Source: a virus (taxonomy: Duplodnaviria; Caudoviricetes). Taken from it: 64,000 nt of DNA. The position numbers and the translations under genes are program-made. The stretch lies in the IMG/VR virus record IMGVR_UViG_3300020138_000006, positions 16,880 to 80,879 of that record; one strand, given 5' to 3'. Every line of letters begins with the position of its first letter. Within the stretch, counting starts at the first letter, position 1. The notes below the pieces were generated by a model. The model ran no database searches and was not told where the DNA came from. It saw nothing but the letters and a program-made list of their open reading frames with translations. Positions 27,632-37,327 of this stretch are shown here, piece after piece.

Positions 27632-28845
27632 TGGCGCTCGTTATCAAGAGTGCCGGCCTCGATGACTACCTCGACGAGGCCGGCGGCACGACCAACCTGA
27701 AGGCACTCATCCTCGGGCGGCCTGGAAGCGGCAAGACGCGTTCGAGCGCGTACTGGTCCAAGCCGCTGCTGATCGACTGTGAGCGCAGCCGTTCCGTCGT
27801 CGCCGACCTCGGGATGCCCTACGTCGAGGTCCTCAGCGAGGCCGAGGTCGACGAGTTCATCCGCGAGCTCGGCAAGTGGACGCGGGACAAGAAGTCGGGC
27901 AAGGAGGTCGCCTACGAGACCCTCGTCCTCGACACGGTCGACGGCCTGCAGGACCGGCTGGTCGCCGCGTATCTCGCCAGGACGGGCAAGCAGAAGCTCG
28001 ACGCGATGGGTGGCGACTACGACGCCATCAACGGGCCGGTCGAGCGACTCATCAACGCTCTGAAGGACTCGCCGTTCAACGTCATCGTGAACGTGCACCT
28101 GAAGGAGGTCGGCCAGTTCGTCAAGAGGGGCGAGACGGCGACGGCGGCCCTGGGCGAGGACACGATCCGCACGGCCCAGTCCTGGGGGATCGCGCTTCGG
28201 GGTGGCATCCGAGAGAAGATCCCTGGCTGGTTCGACCTCGTCGGGTGCATCGAGAACTCGTGGGGTCTGAATGGGACCGAGAAGATCGTCAACCGGCACA
28301 TCCGCTGGCAGCCCACGCCCGAACTCCCGATCCTGAAGGACCGCCTGTACGCGTTCCCTCGTAAGACGCCGGTGAACTTCGAGAGCGCCGACTACGAGCG
28401 CCTGGTCGGCTACATCAAGGCGAAGTCGGAGCGGATCAGACCGACGGCGGTCGTCGAGGAGATCGGCGAGCCGGACAAGGCGGTCGGGCCCGACATCAAG
28501 AGCGGCCCGGTCTCGCCGAACCCGTCGGGCGTGCTGCCGAAGCCGCGCCTCCCCAAGGCCGAGCCCGCCGAGAAGCCCGCCGAGAAGCCTGCCGAGGGGG
28601 CTGCTGAGCAGGCGGCCAAGGCGTCCGAGCAGGCGCCGGTCGAGAAGGCCGTCGGGCAGGTCTCCGAGTCACTCGGCGGCGAGGTCGTTGCCGTCGAGTC
28701 GAGCTGGGAGGAGCGAGTCGAGGCCGTCGAGTCGGTCGATGCGGCCCACGAGCTGTGGAACCAGGCGTACGCAGCGGGAGCACTGACCAGCGATCTGAAG
28801 GCGGCGATCATCATGCGCGTCGCCGCGCTCAACAAGAAGTCCTGA
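27631..28845 (+). CDS. AAA_24/Sak4-like ATPase (recombinase)
   Basis: Walker A GRPGSGKT, LLIDCE, Walker B LVLDTVD; sits between exonuclease and SSB-like gene. Confidence 0.8.
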   Translation: MALVIKSAGLDDYLDEAGGTTNLKALILGRPGSGKTRSSAYWSKPLLIDCERSRSVVADLGMPYVEVLSEAEVDEFIRELGKWTRDKKSGKEVAYETLVLDTVDGLQDRLVAAYLARTGKQKLDAMGGDYDAINGPVERLINALKDSPFNVIVNVHLKEVGQFVKRGETATAALGEDTIRTAQSWGIALRGGIREKIPGWFDLVGCIENSWGLNGTEKIVNRHIRWQPTPELPILKDRLYAFPRKTPVNFESADYERLVGYIKAKSERIRPTAVVEEIGEPDKAVGPDIKSGPVSPNPSGVLPKPRLPKAEPAEKPAEKPAEGAAEQAAKASEQAPVEKAVGQVSESLGGEVVAVESSWEERVEAVESVDAAHELWNQAYAAGALTSDLKAAIIMRVAALNKKS

Positions 28846-28887
28846 CCCGAAACCGGAAACAGGAAGAACGAGAGAGAGAAGAGAGAG

Positions 28888-29370
28888 ATGCCCAAGGGGA
28901 CCGCAGAGCAGGGTCGCACCTACTGGCAGGACGAGGGGACATTCCCCGCGCTGCTGAAGTCGTGCGAGGAGGAGGTCATCAAGTACCAGCTGAAGTCCAA
29001 CCACGCGAAGGTGAAGCGCGGCGAGGCGTCCGTCGGCGAGTGGGACGAGTTCTCCCGCTGGAACTGGACCTGGGAGCTGTTGGAGGGCGACCACGAGGCG
29101 ACCGAGATCGTCGTCCGCACGCGCCCCTCGATCGAGATCGAGGGCAAGTCCCTCGCTCGCGAGGCGTACGAGGCGCTGTCGGGCCAGCAGTTCGAGCTCG
29201 GCCAGGACTACGACACCGACCTCGTCGTCGGCCTGAAGGCGCGGCTCGTCCTCGCGCACAAGCCGCCGCGTGTCGACGGTGACCGCACCTTCTACGACAC
29301 CGAGGTCACGGAGGTCCTGCCCGCCCTCGACGAGGAGTCGCGCCCGCTGTACGACAAGCCGCCTTTTTAG
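28888..29370 (+). CDS. Single-stranded DNA-binding protein (DUF669-like)
   Basis: 160 aa, acidic tail ending PPF; Sak4-SSB synteny. Confidence 0.6.
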   Translation: MPKGTAEQGRTYWQDEGTFPALLKSCEEEVIKYQLKSNHAKVKRGEASVGEWDEFSRWNWTWELLEGDHEATEIVVRTRPSIEIEGKSLAREAYEALSGQQFELGQDYDTDLVVGLKARLVLAHKPPRVDGDRTFYDTEVTEVLPALDEESRPLYDKPPF

Positions 29371-29382
29371 GGCATATCGGAC

Positions 29383-29820
29383 ATGAACAGTCATCCTGCC
29401 GCTCGGGAGCCAATCCCCGACCGAGTCGCTCAGCGTGCACTCGCGAGGTTCACTGCGGACGAGTCCGGGTGTCACATCTCGACCTACTCGGTCGGGAGCC
29501 ACGGGTACGCGCAGATCGGTTGGGGCGGACGGTCGCGTGGCATGACCACCGCCCACCGAGCGGCATGGGTGGCTGTTCACGGACAGATCCCCGAGGGAAT
29601 GACTGTCGACCACATCTGCAAGGTCAGGCGGTGCGTGAACGTCCGGCACTTGCGCCTCCTCTCGAACTTCGAGAACGCGCGCCGGACGAACGGCAACGAC
29701 TGGCCCTTGGGGGAGTGCGTCAACGGACACCCCAACTCTGAGCTCCGCAAACGCGGGGCGAAGTGGGTCTGCGGTATCTGCGCGGCTGAGTGGCAGCGCA
29801 GATACCGCAGCAGAAAGTAG
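29383..29820 (+). CDS. HNH endonuclease
   Basis: AHRAAW...VDHICKVRRCVNVRHL..LSNFEN; C-terminal C..GH...C.IC. Confidence 0.9.
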   Translation: MNSHPAAREPIPDRVAQRALARFTADESGCHISTYSVGSHGYAQIGWGGRSRGMTTAHRAAWVAVHGQIPEGMTVDHICKVRRCVNVRHLRLLSNFENARRTNGNDWPLGECVNGHPNSELRKRGAKWVCGICAAEWQRRYRSRK

Positions 29821-29947
29821 AGACCAGCCGGACCGGCGTCAACGTCAGCCCCCAACCTCCCTGGACGGGTTGGTCACGGCAGCGATGGCGAAGGAGCAGG
29901 GTGCCTTTCCCTTTGCACTGATCTCGCCAGCGCCGGTCCGGCGCCTG

Positions 29948-29967
29948 TTTCCCCGCTAGCGCAAAAC
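29948..29967. promoter_or_regulatory. Palindromic operator copy
   Basis: TTTCCCCGCTAGCGCAAAAC, 16/20, 14 bp before the primase-helicase start. Confidence 0.7.
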
Positions 29968-29981
29968 GCAAGGAGAGTCCG

Positions 29982-31934
29982 TTGTCCGACCTCGATGTCC
30001 GGTCCTACCTGCGAGGTAAGGGCCTGGAGACACGCACCTCTGGCAAGGAGGTGATCGTGCCGTGCTTCTTCCTCTGCGGAGAGCCAGGGAACTCCCGCAA
30101 GAAGAAGCTCTACATCAGCTCCGAGCATGGAGCGCACTCGTGCAAGGTGTGCGGCACGGAGGGCGGATGGCGGGCGATCCTGGAGCACTTCGGGGATCAG
30201 ATCGAGGGGACTGCGGCCGCTAAGCCGTCGCGGCGCCTCGCGATCAACGAGGAGTACGTCAGGGCGTGCCAGGACGCTTTGATGCGGAACAAGGCCGCCC
30301 TGACGTACCTCTTCGATCGCGGTCTCACCTTGGAGACCATCGAGACGGCCCGGCTCGGGTACGCCCCGAAGAACGTGGCTGTCGTGGAAGGCCTGCCTTC
30401 CGCACTGAAGCCAGGGGGCTTCACCCGCCAGGAGCTGCGCGATTCCGGCCTGCTCACCGCGTCGGGCAAGGACTTCCACTCCGGCCGGCTCATCATCCCC
30501 TACCTGTCCTCAGGGCAGGTTCTGCAGGTGCGCGGCCGTGCGCTCGACCCTGCAGACAAGATCAAGTACGCGACGCCTCCAGGTGAGCCGGTCCGGCTCT
30601 ACAACTCCGACGCCTTGCGAGGCGCCGAGTCCGCCCTCATCTGCGAGGGCGAGATCGACCTGCTCGTGCTGCAGCAGACCCTCCAGTCTTCCCCGGACGT
30701 GCGCGCTCGCAACATCGGCGTCGTCGCGATCCCCGGGGCCCAGTCTCTGCCGGGCGGCAAGGAGGAGTTCGCGGACTACTTCGAGGACGTCCGCCGCGTC
30801 TACATCGGGTTCGACAACGACAACGCCGGGAAGCAAGGTGCGGTCAAGGTCAAGGACCTGATGGGGACGAAGGGCCGGATCGTCGAGCTCACCGGCGACG
30901 ACAAGGACTGGGCCGAGTACATCGTCAATGGCACCCACGGGTGGCAGGACGTCATGTCGCTCGTCGTCGAGGCCGACATGCGCGGGAAGCGGGTGTTCTC
31001 GGTCGGGGAGTCGCTGCTCTCGTTGCGCAAGCTGGAGCAGGCCGCGCCGGGCATCAAGACGGGGTTCGCAACCCTCGACGCTCTGATCGCCCCCGGCCTT
31101 CTGCCGGGGCAGGTGACGGTGCCTGTCGCCAAGTCAGGAAACGGCAAGAGCGTGTTCCTCGCGAACATCTGCTGGTACACGCGCGACATCCCGTCGATGA
31201 TGCTGACGCTGGAGCTGACGAAGGAGGAGACGGCCAAGCGCCTGCTGCGCATCGGCCGCTTCCACGACCCGGTGCTCGACGAGCGGGCGTTGGACCAGGC
31301 GTTCCCCCTGCTTGCGATCGTCGATGAGAACCGACTCGGGCCCGAGGACTTCGACGTGCTCATCGAGGAGTACGCGGAGCAGCACGGCGAGCGCCCCAGG
31401 CTGATCCACGTCGACTACCTCGGCTACTACTCGCGCGGTCAGCACGGCAAGGACCAGTACGAGAAGTCGACGAACGCCATCATGCAGCTGAAGGAGATGG
31501 CCAAGAAGCACCAGGTGCACGTCATCGTGCCGAGCCAGGTGAACCGCGGCCAGAAGCAGGGCGAGCTCATCGACATGGACTCGATGCGCGACTCCGGTGC
31601 CGTCGAGGAGACCGCTGACTTCATCTTCGGGATCTCCCGTCCGCACATGTCGGGCAACCTCGCGAAGGCCACCGGTAACGGCTCCGTCGCGGCCGAGATG
31701 AAGGTCAACCTCCCCAAGTCCCGGCACGGCAATGCGAACCGTGTGGTGAGCGTCTACATGGGCCCGCACTCGCTCGCGATCGTCGACGGGACTGACCGGA
31801 AGGCGGTCGCGGTCGTCGAGCAAGAGGTCGACTCCTACAACCGAGGCGAGACGTACCCGGAGTACCTGGCACGGCGCCAGAAGTCAGCGTGGCTTGCTCG
31901 TCAAGGCGAACTCGACACGGGGGGTGCGCGATGA
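29982..31934 (+). CDS. DNA primase-helicase (Zn finger + TOPRIM + DnaB-like)
   Basis: C..LC...CKVC; ICEGEID and FDNDNAG TOPRIM motifs; AKSGNGKS, VDYLG, SQVNR, RDSGAVEETAD helicase motifs. Confidence 0.92.
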   Translation: MSDLDVRSYLRGKGLETRTSGKEVIVPCFFLCGEPGNSRKKKLYISSEHGAHSCKVCGTEGGWRAILEHFGDQIEGTAAAKPSRRLAINEEYVRACQDALMRNKAALTYLFDRGLTLETIETARLGYAPKNVAVVEGLPSALKPGGFTRQELRDSGLLTASGKDFHSGRLIIPYLSSGQVLQVRGRALDPADKIKYATPPGEPVRLYNSDALRGAESALICEGEIDLLVLQQTLQSSPDVRARNIGVVAIPGAQSLPGGKEEFADYFEDVRRVYIGFDNDNAGKQGAVKVKDLMGTKGRIVELTGDDKDWAEYIVNGTHGWQDVMSLVVEADMRGKRVFSVGESLLSLRKLEQAAPGIKTGFATLDALIAPGLLPGQVTVPVAKSGNGKSVFLANICWYTRDIPSMMLTLELTKEETAKRLLRIGRFHDPVLDERALDQAFPLLAIVDENRLGPEDFDVLIEEYAEQHGERPRLIHVDYLGYYSRGQHGKDQYEKSTNAIMQLKEMAKKHQVHVIVPSQVNRGQKQGELIDMDSMRDSGAVEETADFIFGISRPHMSGNLAKATGNGSVAAEMKVNLPKSRHGNANRVVSVYMGPHSLAIVDGTDRKAVAVVEQEVDSYNRGETYPEYLARRQKSAWLARQGELDTGGAR

Positions 31935-32218
31935 GCGGACCAGCGCTGTACGTCCTGAAGGAGCCGGTCGAGGCGTGGTTTCTGCCCGCCTGGAGGGGAA
32001 GAGGCTTCGAGGAAGACCCGGAACTCCAAGAGATCGCGGAATGGTGCGGCGGCGAGGTGATGCGCGGGATGGGAATCCATGTGCGAGTCCGCGGCACCAA
32101 GCGGCTCGTATTGGGCGGCGTTTGGCTCGTGAAGGCGAACGGCATTCTGGACGTGATGGGAAACCCGGACTTTCAAGAAACGTACGAGAAGAAGGAGGAT
32201 TGCGATGTCGATGCGTGA
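31931..32218 (+). CDS. Hypothetical protein
   Basis: ATG 31931, 95 aa. Confidence 0.65.
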   Translation: MSGPALYVLKEPVEAWFLPAWRGRGFEEDPELQEIAEWCGGEVMRGMGIHVRVRGTKRLVLGGVWLVKANGILDVMGNPDFQETYEKKEDCDVDA

Positions 32219-32756
32219 CGACAATCTACGGCTGACCCTGATGAAGGCGGTCGCGGACACTGTCGCGAAGTTCATGGCGGAGGCTCGCGAGCAGCGCCTG
32301 CCCGACCTCCTGGACTTCTACGACGACAACGGGAGCAAGTCGCTCAGCGTTCGGCTGCCCGACGGAACGAAGGTCGCCACGATCTCGCTGCCCGAGAAGA
32401 AGGAGTTCTTCGAGGTCACCGACAAGGTGGCGTTCCTGACGTGGGCGCGCGAGCACCACCCGGAGTGGATCGAGACGGTCGTCGTCCCGCCGCAGCCGGA
32501 GATCACGTACGAGGAGGTCAGCGAGACCCAGGCGAACCGCTACCTGAAGGGCCTCGCGCACCAGGGCGACGTCGCGTTCGACGGCAAGACGGGTGAGGTC
32601 GTCGACGGCGTCACCTACCACCCCAAGGGCCGGCCGACGTCGTTCTCGGTGCTGTGGGAGGGCGAGGGCAAGGAGCGCATCATCGACGCTTGGCGCACCG
32701 GCCAGCTCGCCGAGATCGTCGGCACGGACGTGTTGCCGCAGATCGAGGGGTTGTGA
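32205..32756 (+). CDS. Hypothetical protein (weak Gam/Gp157-like similarity)
   Basis: VTDKVAFLTWAREHHPEWIE loosely resembles Gam-like proteins; the function is not secure. Confidence 0.6.
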   Translation: MSMRDDNLRLTLMKAVADTVAKFMAEAREQRLPDLLDFYDDNGSKSLSVRLPDGTKVATISLPEKKEFFEVTDKVAFLTWAREHHPEWIETVVVPPQPEITYEEVSETQANRYLKGLAHQGDVAFDGKTGEVVDGVTYHPKGRPTSFSVLWEGEGKERIIDAWRTGQLAEIVGTDVLPQIEGL

Positions 32757-32992
32757 TGGTGACGCAGTCGGAGCGGGATGCTGTCGCCCGCCGCCACCCG
32801 AACATCCCGCAGGACGGCCTGTTCGACCAGAACGAGGTGCCGACGCCCACGCCGCAGAGCGTCTACGACACCTCGAAAGGACGCTGCCGCGAAGGCATCG
32901 TCATCGCCGGCCGCTGGTTCCAGTGCTCCCTCGCGGAGGAGCACGAGGGCTGGTCGCACGGGAGTGTCGAGGCAGAGGCCATCTGGAAGTGA
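32756..32992 (+). CDS. Hypothetical protein
   Basis: 78 aa; C...C...H...H at C-terminus. Confidence 0.65.
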   Translation: MVTQSERDAVARRHPNIPQDGLFDQNEVPTPTPQSVYDTSKGRCREGIVIAGRWFQCSLAEEHEGWSHGSVEAEAIWK

Positions 32993-33417
32993 CCGCGCCG
33001 ACGGACACCACCGTCTACGACGAGCTCTACCGGCTCTTCGGTCTCGGTGACTACGTCGGCGACGGAAGCGACTGGTTCAAGTACCGCGCCGTGCAGGCCT
33101 CACGGATCAAGAGGACGCGCGAGAAGCGGGGGGTCGAACCGTTCGAGCTCATCCAGGCGGCGCGCTGGTGCAGGAGCCAGGGCATCTGGATCTACGAGCA
33201 CTGGGAGATCTACGAGCACCTGCCTGCGGCGAAGCGAGCGGCAATCGCCAAGGCGGTCGAAGCCGAGACGGCAGACATTGACGCAGCGATCGACGAGGCG
33301 CTCGAAGGGATGGACCGGGACAGCGTCTGGTTCACCCGGCTGATCCGAGCATCACCGGACATGCGAGAGGAGGTGTACCGGCAGTGGCAGGAGTCGTCAT
33401 CCCCTTCCCTCGCCTGA
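32989..33417 (+). CDS. Hypothetical protein
   Basis: GTG 32989, 142 aa. Confidence 0.7.
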   Translation: MTAPTDTTVYDELYRLFGLGDYVGDGSDWFKYRAVQASRIKRTREKRGVEPFELIQAARWCRSQGIWIYEHWEIYEHLPAAKRAAIAKAVEAETADIDAAIDEALEGMDRDSVWFTRLIRASPDMREEVYRQWQESSSPSLA

Positions 33418-33656
33418 AGGACTGCAGCAAGTGCGTCTACGCGGTCGGCCACGCCACGGGGCGTCCGTGGTGCACCCAGTACATGGAGGACATCGGTGGT
33501 GAAGAAGGCCCCTGGGCGGGCCCCTCGCTGGAGGCCGAAGCCTGCGAGTTCTACGAGCCGTCCGGCGAAGCAGGACGCGCTGGCGGGTCGTCGACACCGG
33601 CACGGCTGCACGATCTGCAGCGCCACGTACGAAGACGCGTGCGTGCGCCCGGGTGA
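33384..33656 (+). CDS. Cys-rich hypothetical protein
   Basis: DCSKCVY...WC...CEFYEP; overlaps the next ORF, so extent is uncertain. Confidence 0.5.
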   Translation: MAGVVIPFPRLKDCSKCVYAVGHATGRPWCTQYMEDIGGEEGPWAGPSLEAEACEFYEPSGEAGRAGGSSTPARLHDLQRHVRRRVRAPG

Positions 33657-33876
33657 GAACGGGCGGTGCACCGAGTGCAGGGATGTCCCGTACGGCCCTC
33701 CGGTGTGGGAGCAGAACTTGCGCCCCATCGAGTGCTGTGCGGGCGCGAGAGAAGCGACACCCGAGGAGCGGGTGACGTACCTACTCGGCGGTGAGGCCGA
33801 GTGGTGGATCTGCCCGAAGTGCTTTCGGCCCCAGATCTACAAGCCAGGTAACACGAGGAGCAAAGGATGGCAGTGA
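33496..33876 (+). CDS. Zinc-ribbon protein
   Basis: CTIC, CTEC, CPKC; true start probably downstream of 33496. Confidence 0.6.
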   Translation: MVKKAPGRAPRWRPKPASSTSRPAKQDALAGRRHRHGCTICSATYEDACVRPGENGRCTECRDVPYGPPVWEQNLRPIECCAGAREATPEERVTYLLGGEAEWWICPKCFRPQIYKPGNTRSKGWQ

Positions 33877-34292
33877 TGACGGAGGACACGGTGGACATGG
33901 TCGAGGAGCCGATCGGCGACTACGACCCGCGCCTGGACACGGGCTCGGAGGACTTCGACGAGGCTCTCGCGCAGCTCGCTGCGGGTGCGCCGACGTTCGA
34001 GCAGGAGGAGCAGGGCCAGCCCGAGAAGCGCTTCTTCGAGGGCAAGCCGGTCGAGGCGACCCAGATCAAGATCACGGGTGTCTCCGGCCTGGACGAGCGC
34101 TACAACGGCGTCGAGATCAGTCTGCACGACCGGGTCCGCCTGGTCGTCGAGGCCCGGGTCACGCGCGTCTCGCACGGGCTCGACAAGGACTCGCGCATCG
34201 TGCGTCTTCAGGAGCTGAAGGCCACGCAGGTCGACATCGTCCCGTGGAACCCGATGGACGAGACGGACGACGGGATCCTGCGCGATGTCTGA
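33867..34292 (+). CDS. Hypothetical acidic protein
   Basis: 141 aa, good codon usage. Confidence 0.7.
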   Translation: MAVMTEDTVDMVEEPIGDYDPRLDTGSEDFDEALAQLAAGAPTFEQEEQGQPEKRFFEGKPVEATQIKITGVSGLDERYNGVEISLHDRVRLVVEARVTRVSHGLDKDSRIVRLQELKATQVDIVPWNPMDETDDGILRDV

Positions 34293-34518
34293 CGGCTACG
34301 TGGACGCCGGCGGCGGGCTCGTCGTCACCCCCCGCTTCGGGCGGTGGAACGACGAGAAGCGCATGTACGACCCGGACCTGGCCTGCCGCGCCGTCAGGAC
34401 GCGGTACCTGAAGAACCGGCCGACGGTCCTGAAGGACGGCGAGATGGTCATCAAGATCGAGGCGAAGATCCCGGCCTCGGCCTTCACACCCAGGCTCAGC
34501 GCCGAGGTCACGTTCTGA
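34285..34518 (+). CDS. Hypothetical protein
   Basis: 77 aa. Confidence 0.65.
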   Translation: MSDGYVDAGGGLVVTPRFGRWNDEKRMYDPDLACRAVRTRYLKNRPTVLKDGEMVIKIEAKIPASAFTPRLSAEVTF

Positions 34519-35024
34519 TGCGTGTCCTCGCGATCGACCCTGGCAACAAGGAGAGCGGGTGGGTCGTCGTCGATGCGGCGACCCACCGCCCGCTCGCCTT
34601 CGACAAGACCGACAACGACGTGCTGCTCGGCTGGCTCTACACCACCGGGACGCTCGGCGTGAGTCGGGTTCCGGAGTTCGATCACGCGGCGATCGAGATG
34701 GTGGCGTCTTACGGCATGGCTGTTGGCGCTGAGGTCTTCGAGACCTGCGTCTGGATCGGCCGCTACTACGAAGCGTTCCGCAGGGCCCACATGTCCCCGC
34801 CGACGCTCATCAAGCGGCAGCCGGTCAAGCTCCACCACTGCCACAGCCCGAAGGCGAACGACTCCAACGTCCGTCAGGCGCTCGTCGACCGGTTCGCACC
34901 GGGCGAGAAGAACTTCGGGAAGGGCACGAAGGCCAACCCGGGGTTCTTCTACGGCTTCAGTGCCGACGTGTGGCAGGCGTACGCGCTGGCGGTCTACGCC
35001 GTCGACACGATGGAAACGTCGTGA
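34518..35024 (+). CDS. ruvC: RuvC-like Holliday junction resolvase
   Basis: VLAIDPG, AIEMV, K......KANDSNV, DVWQAYALA. Confidence 0.88.
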   Translation: MRVLAIDPGNKESGWVVVDAATHRPLAFDKTDNDVLLGWLYTTGTLGVSRVPEFDHAAIEMVASYGMAVGAEVFETCVWIGRYYEAFRRAHMSPPTLIKRQPVKLHHCHSPKANDSNVRQALVDRFAPGEKNFGKGTKANPGFFYGFSADVWQAYALAVYAVDTMETS

Positions 35025-35164
35025 GTCGCCGCAAGGCGTTGCGCGCGCCGGAGGAGGTGCAGGCGGATCGGCAGCGGGAGCAGAAGGCCCGTGCGGACCG
35101 CAACCGGGCGATGAGAGCCCGCAGGAAGGTCGCCAAGAGGCGCGCGCAGAGGAAGTGGCAGTGA
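35021..35164 (+). CDS. Small Arg-rich protein
   Basis: GTG 35021; 47 aa, highly basic. Confidence 0.55.
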   Translation: MSRRKALRAPEEVQADRQREQKARADRNRAMRARRKVAKRRAQRKWQ

Positions 35165-35176
35165 ACAGGAGGAGCG

Positions 35177-35503
35177 ATGGGCAGGTCGGTGGGTAGCGCG
35201 GCGTTCACCCCGAAGGAGTACCGCTTCATCGCACGCACCGATGGCTCCCAGATGTGCGTCAACTACCCGGAGATGTGGTTCTCCGAGAACACGGGCGAGA
35301 TGAAGGAGGCGAAGCGAGCCTGCGGCACGTGTCCCTTCATGCTGGGCTGTCGGCTGGAGGGGCTCATCAACGGCAACAACGGCGTGTGGGGCGGCTTGTC
35401 GCACGTCGACCGGAAGCGCATGGGGGCGACCGAACGCGAGCGGGAGATCAACCGCCTGCAGCGTGAGATTTCCGCTAGCGCTAAGAAGAATCAGGTGGCC
35501 TAG
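35177..35503 (+). CDS. whiB: WhiB-family Fe-S transcription factor
   Basis: Four Cys (C..YPEMWF...C..CP...GC) and GVWGG turn. Confidence 0.92.
   Translation: MGRSVGSAAFTPKEYRFIARTDGSQMCVNYPEMWFSENTGEMKEAKRACGTCPFMLGCRLEGLINGNNGVWGGLSHVDRKRMGATEREREINRLQREISASAKKNQVA
35467..35486. promoter_or_regulatory. Weak palindromic operator copy
   Basis: GATTTCCGCTAGCGCTAAGA, 12/20, in whiB 3' end upstream of the next gene. Confidence 0.4.
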
Positions 35504-35507
35504 AACG

Positions 35508-35747
35508 ATGGACAAGGAACTGATCGTCGTTAGTCTCGGCTTCCACGACGAGGGGATCGAGATCACGATCAACGATCCCGGCGAGCAGCGGGCGGGGATC
35601 GACGTGGCTCACAACTACTTCGTGGACTACGAGAGCGAGTCCTTCGGCATGAAGGCGCGCGACCTCCTGGAGGAGGTCATGAGCTTCGCGGACGACATCC
35701 ACTACGGATGGAAGCGGGCTCCCAAGCGAAAGGAGGATGGCGAGTGA
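35508..35747 (+). CDS. Hypothetical protein
   Basis: ATG 35508, 79 aa. Confidence 0.65.
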   Translation: MDKELIVVSLGFHDEGIEITINDPGEQRAGIDVAHNYFVDYESESFGMKARDLLEEVMSFADDIHYGWKRAPKRKEDGE

Positions 35748-36169
35748 AGATCTACATCTCAGGCCCGATGACGGGCATCCCTGAGTTCAACGGGCCCGCG
35801 TTCATGGAGGCCGCCCGGCTTCTGCGCGAACGTGGACACCTGGTCTTCTGTCCTGCCGAGGAGGACCTGAAGGGCGGGCTCGACTGGCACGGCATGACAG
35901 GCAAGGAGTCGCCGGAGGAGCGGGGCTTCGATCTTCGCGCCGCCCTCTTCGCCGATCTGCGGTGGATCGCCCTGGAGGCCGAGGCCATCTGCCTTCTGCC
36001 GGGGTGGCGGAACTCCCGGGGCGCCCTTGCCGAGCTGGCCCTTGGCGCGGCCCTGGACATCCCCGCGGGGAGCATCGAGGACTTCACTTCCGGCGGCGAG
36101 CTGGAGAGCGAGCTTGCCTCGGCACGCAGGTACATGCGCCTCTGGCGCGCGGCTGGTGACGCGGCGTGA
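35744..36169 (+). CDS. DUF4406 family (nucleoside deoxyribosyltransferase-like fold)
   Basis: KIYISGPMTG.PEFN..AF...GH.V..PA, LLPGWRNSRGA..E. Confidence 0.85.
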   Translation: MKIYISGPMTGIPEFNGPAFMEAARLLRERGHLVFCPAEEDLKGGLDWHGMTGKESPEERGFDLRAALFADLRWIALEAEAICLLPGWRNSRGALAELALGAALDIPAGSIEDFTSGGELESELASARRYMRLWRAAGDAA

Positions 36170-37134
36170 GCATCCTCATCGGTCTCAGTGGCAAGAAGGG
36201 CTCCGGCAAGGACACCGCTGCCGACGCGCTCGTGCACGACTTCGGCTACGAGCGGCACGCGTTCGCCAGCCGCTTGAAGGCGGCCGTCACGCGCCTCGAC
36301 CCGATCATCGACGTCGACGACGAGGGCATCTACCGGTACGCCTCAGCGGTCGTTGACCACGGGGAGGAGCGTGTCAAGGCATGGCCGGAGGCGCGGCGCC
36401 TCCTGCAGCGCATGGGTACCGAGGTCGGCAGGGACCTCTTCGGTGACAGCTTCTGGGTCGACCAGACGATGCGCGACGTGGACGCCTCCGGGACCCCCGT
36501 CGTCATCACGGACGTGCGCTTCCCGAACGAGGTCCAGGCCATCCGGGAGCGAGGAGGCATCGTCGTCCGCATCGAGCGCGACGGACTTCCAGAAGACGCT
36601 CACCCGTCCGAGCACGCCCTGGACGACTACACATTCGACGTGGTCATCCAGAACGAGGGGACCGTCGACGAGTTCAAGCGGGACGTCTCGGAGCGCTTGT
36701 CGTCCCTCATCGACTCGTACGGGGGCAAGTCCGCGCGCGCACCGCAGGACCCTGTCCATGCGAACTGCGGTCGCGCGGACCAGTCTGGTCGCGGCATGAA
36801 CTTCAACGCCTACCAGGCGGCTACTCGTTCGACGGCCATCTACCCGGAGGCCGGTTCTGGCAGCCCTCTCGCTCTCGCGTACGTCGGGCTGGGGCTGGGG
36901 GAGTCGGGTGAGGTGCAGGGCAAGATCAAGAAGATCATCCGCGACGACTACGGTGTCATCTCGAAGGAGAAGGCGCTCGCTATCGCGGCAGAGGCTGGCG
37001 ACCTGTTGTGGTACGTCGCGCGCCTGGCCGACGAGCTCGGCATCCCTCTGAGCAACATCGCCGAGGGCAACCTCGCGAAGCTCTACGACCGGAAGAACCG
37101 CAACGTGCTCGGGGGGTCCGGCGATGAGCGCTGA
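36166..37134 (+). CDS. dNMP kinase - MazG-like pyrophosphohydrolase fusion
   Basis: N-terminal GLSGKKGSGKDT, RLLQRMGTE, ITDVRFPNE; C-terminal FNAYQ...GLGESGEV..K.KK..RD...EAGDLLWY...NLAKL.DR; no stop between. Confidence 0.88.
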   Translation: MSILIGLSGKKGSGKDTAADALVHDFGYERHAFASRLKAAVTRLDPIIDVDDEGIYRYASAVVDHGEERVKAWPEARRLLQRMGTEVGRDLFGDSFWVDQTMRDVDASGTPVVITDVRFPNEVQAIRERGGIVVRIERDGLPEDAHPSEHALDDYTFDVVIQNEGTVDEFKRDVSERLSSLIDSYGGKSARAPQDPVHANCGRADQSGRGMNFNAYQAATRSTAIYPEAGSGSPLALAYVGLGLGESGEVQGKIKKIIRDDYGVISKEKALAIAAEAGDLLWYVARLADELGIPLSNIAEGNLAKLYDRKNRNVLGGSGDER

Positions 37135-37327
37135 CGCCACCTTCATCCTGGGTCTGCCGACCGCCGACTACCAGCTCAACATCAACGTCGCGTACATCGT
37201 CTCGTTTGCGGAGTACGAGACTCAGGATGGGCAGAAGCAGGTCAGGCTCGTGATGACGAACGGCACGCACGACCTGCTGATGAGTCGCGACGCCTTCATC
37301 GAGCGCTTCCGTCGGGCGATTCACTGA
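37124..37327 (+). CDS. Hypothetical protein
   Basis: 67 aa. Confidence 0.65.
   Translation: MSADATFILGLPTADYQLNINVAYIVSFAEYETQDGQKQVRLVMTNGTHDLLMSRDAFIERFRRAIH

Noticed and set aside
29982-31934. Intein or intron in the primase-helicase
   Set aside because: Length fits the fusion; no intein splice-junction motifs and no frame break.
32205-32756. Firm Gam (nuclease inhibitor) call
   Set aside because: Only one short segment resembles Gam; not enough without a profile search.
35744-37134. 2-aminoadenine (Z) or other modified-base pathway
   Set aside because: No PurZ, DatZ-type HD phosphohydrolase or phage polymerase is visible.
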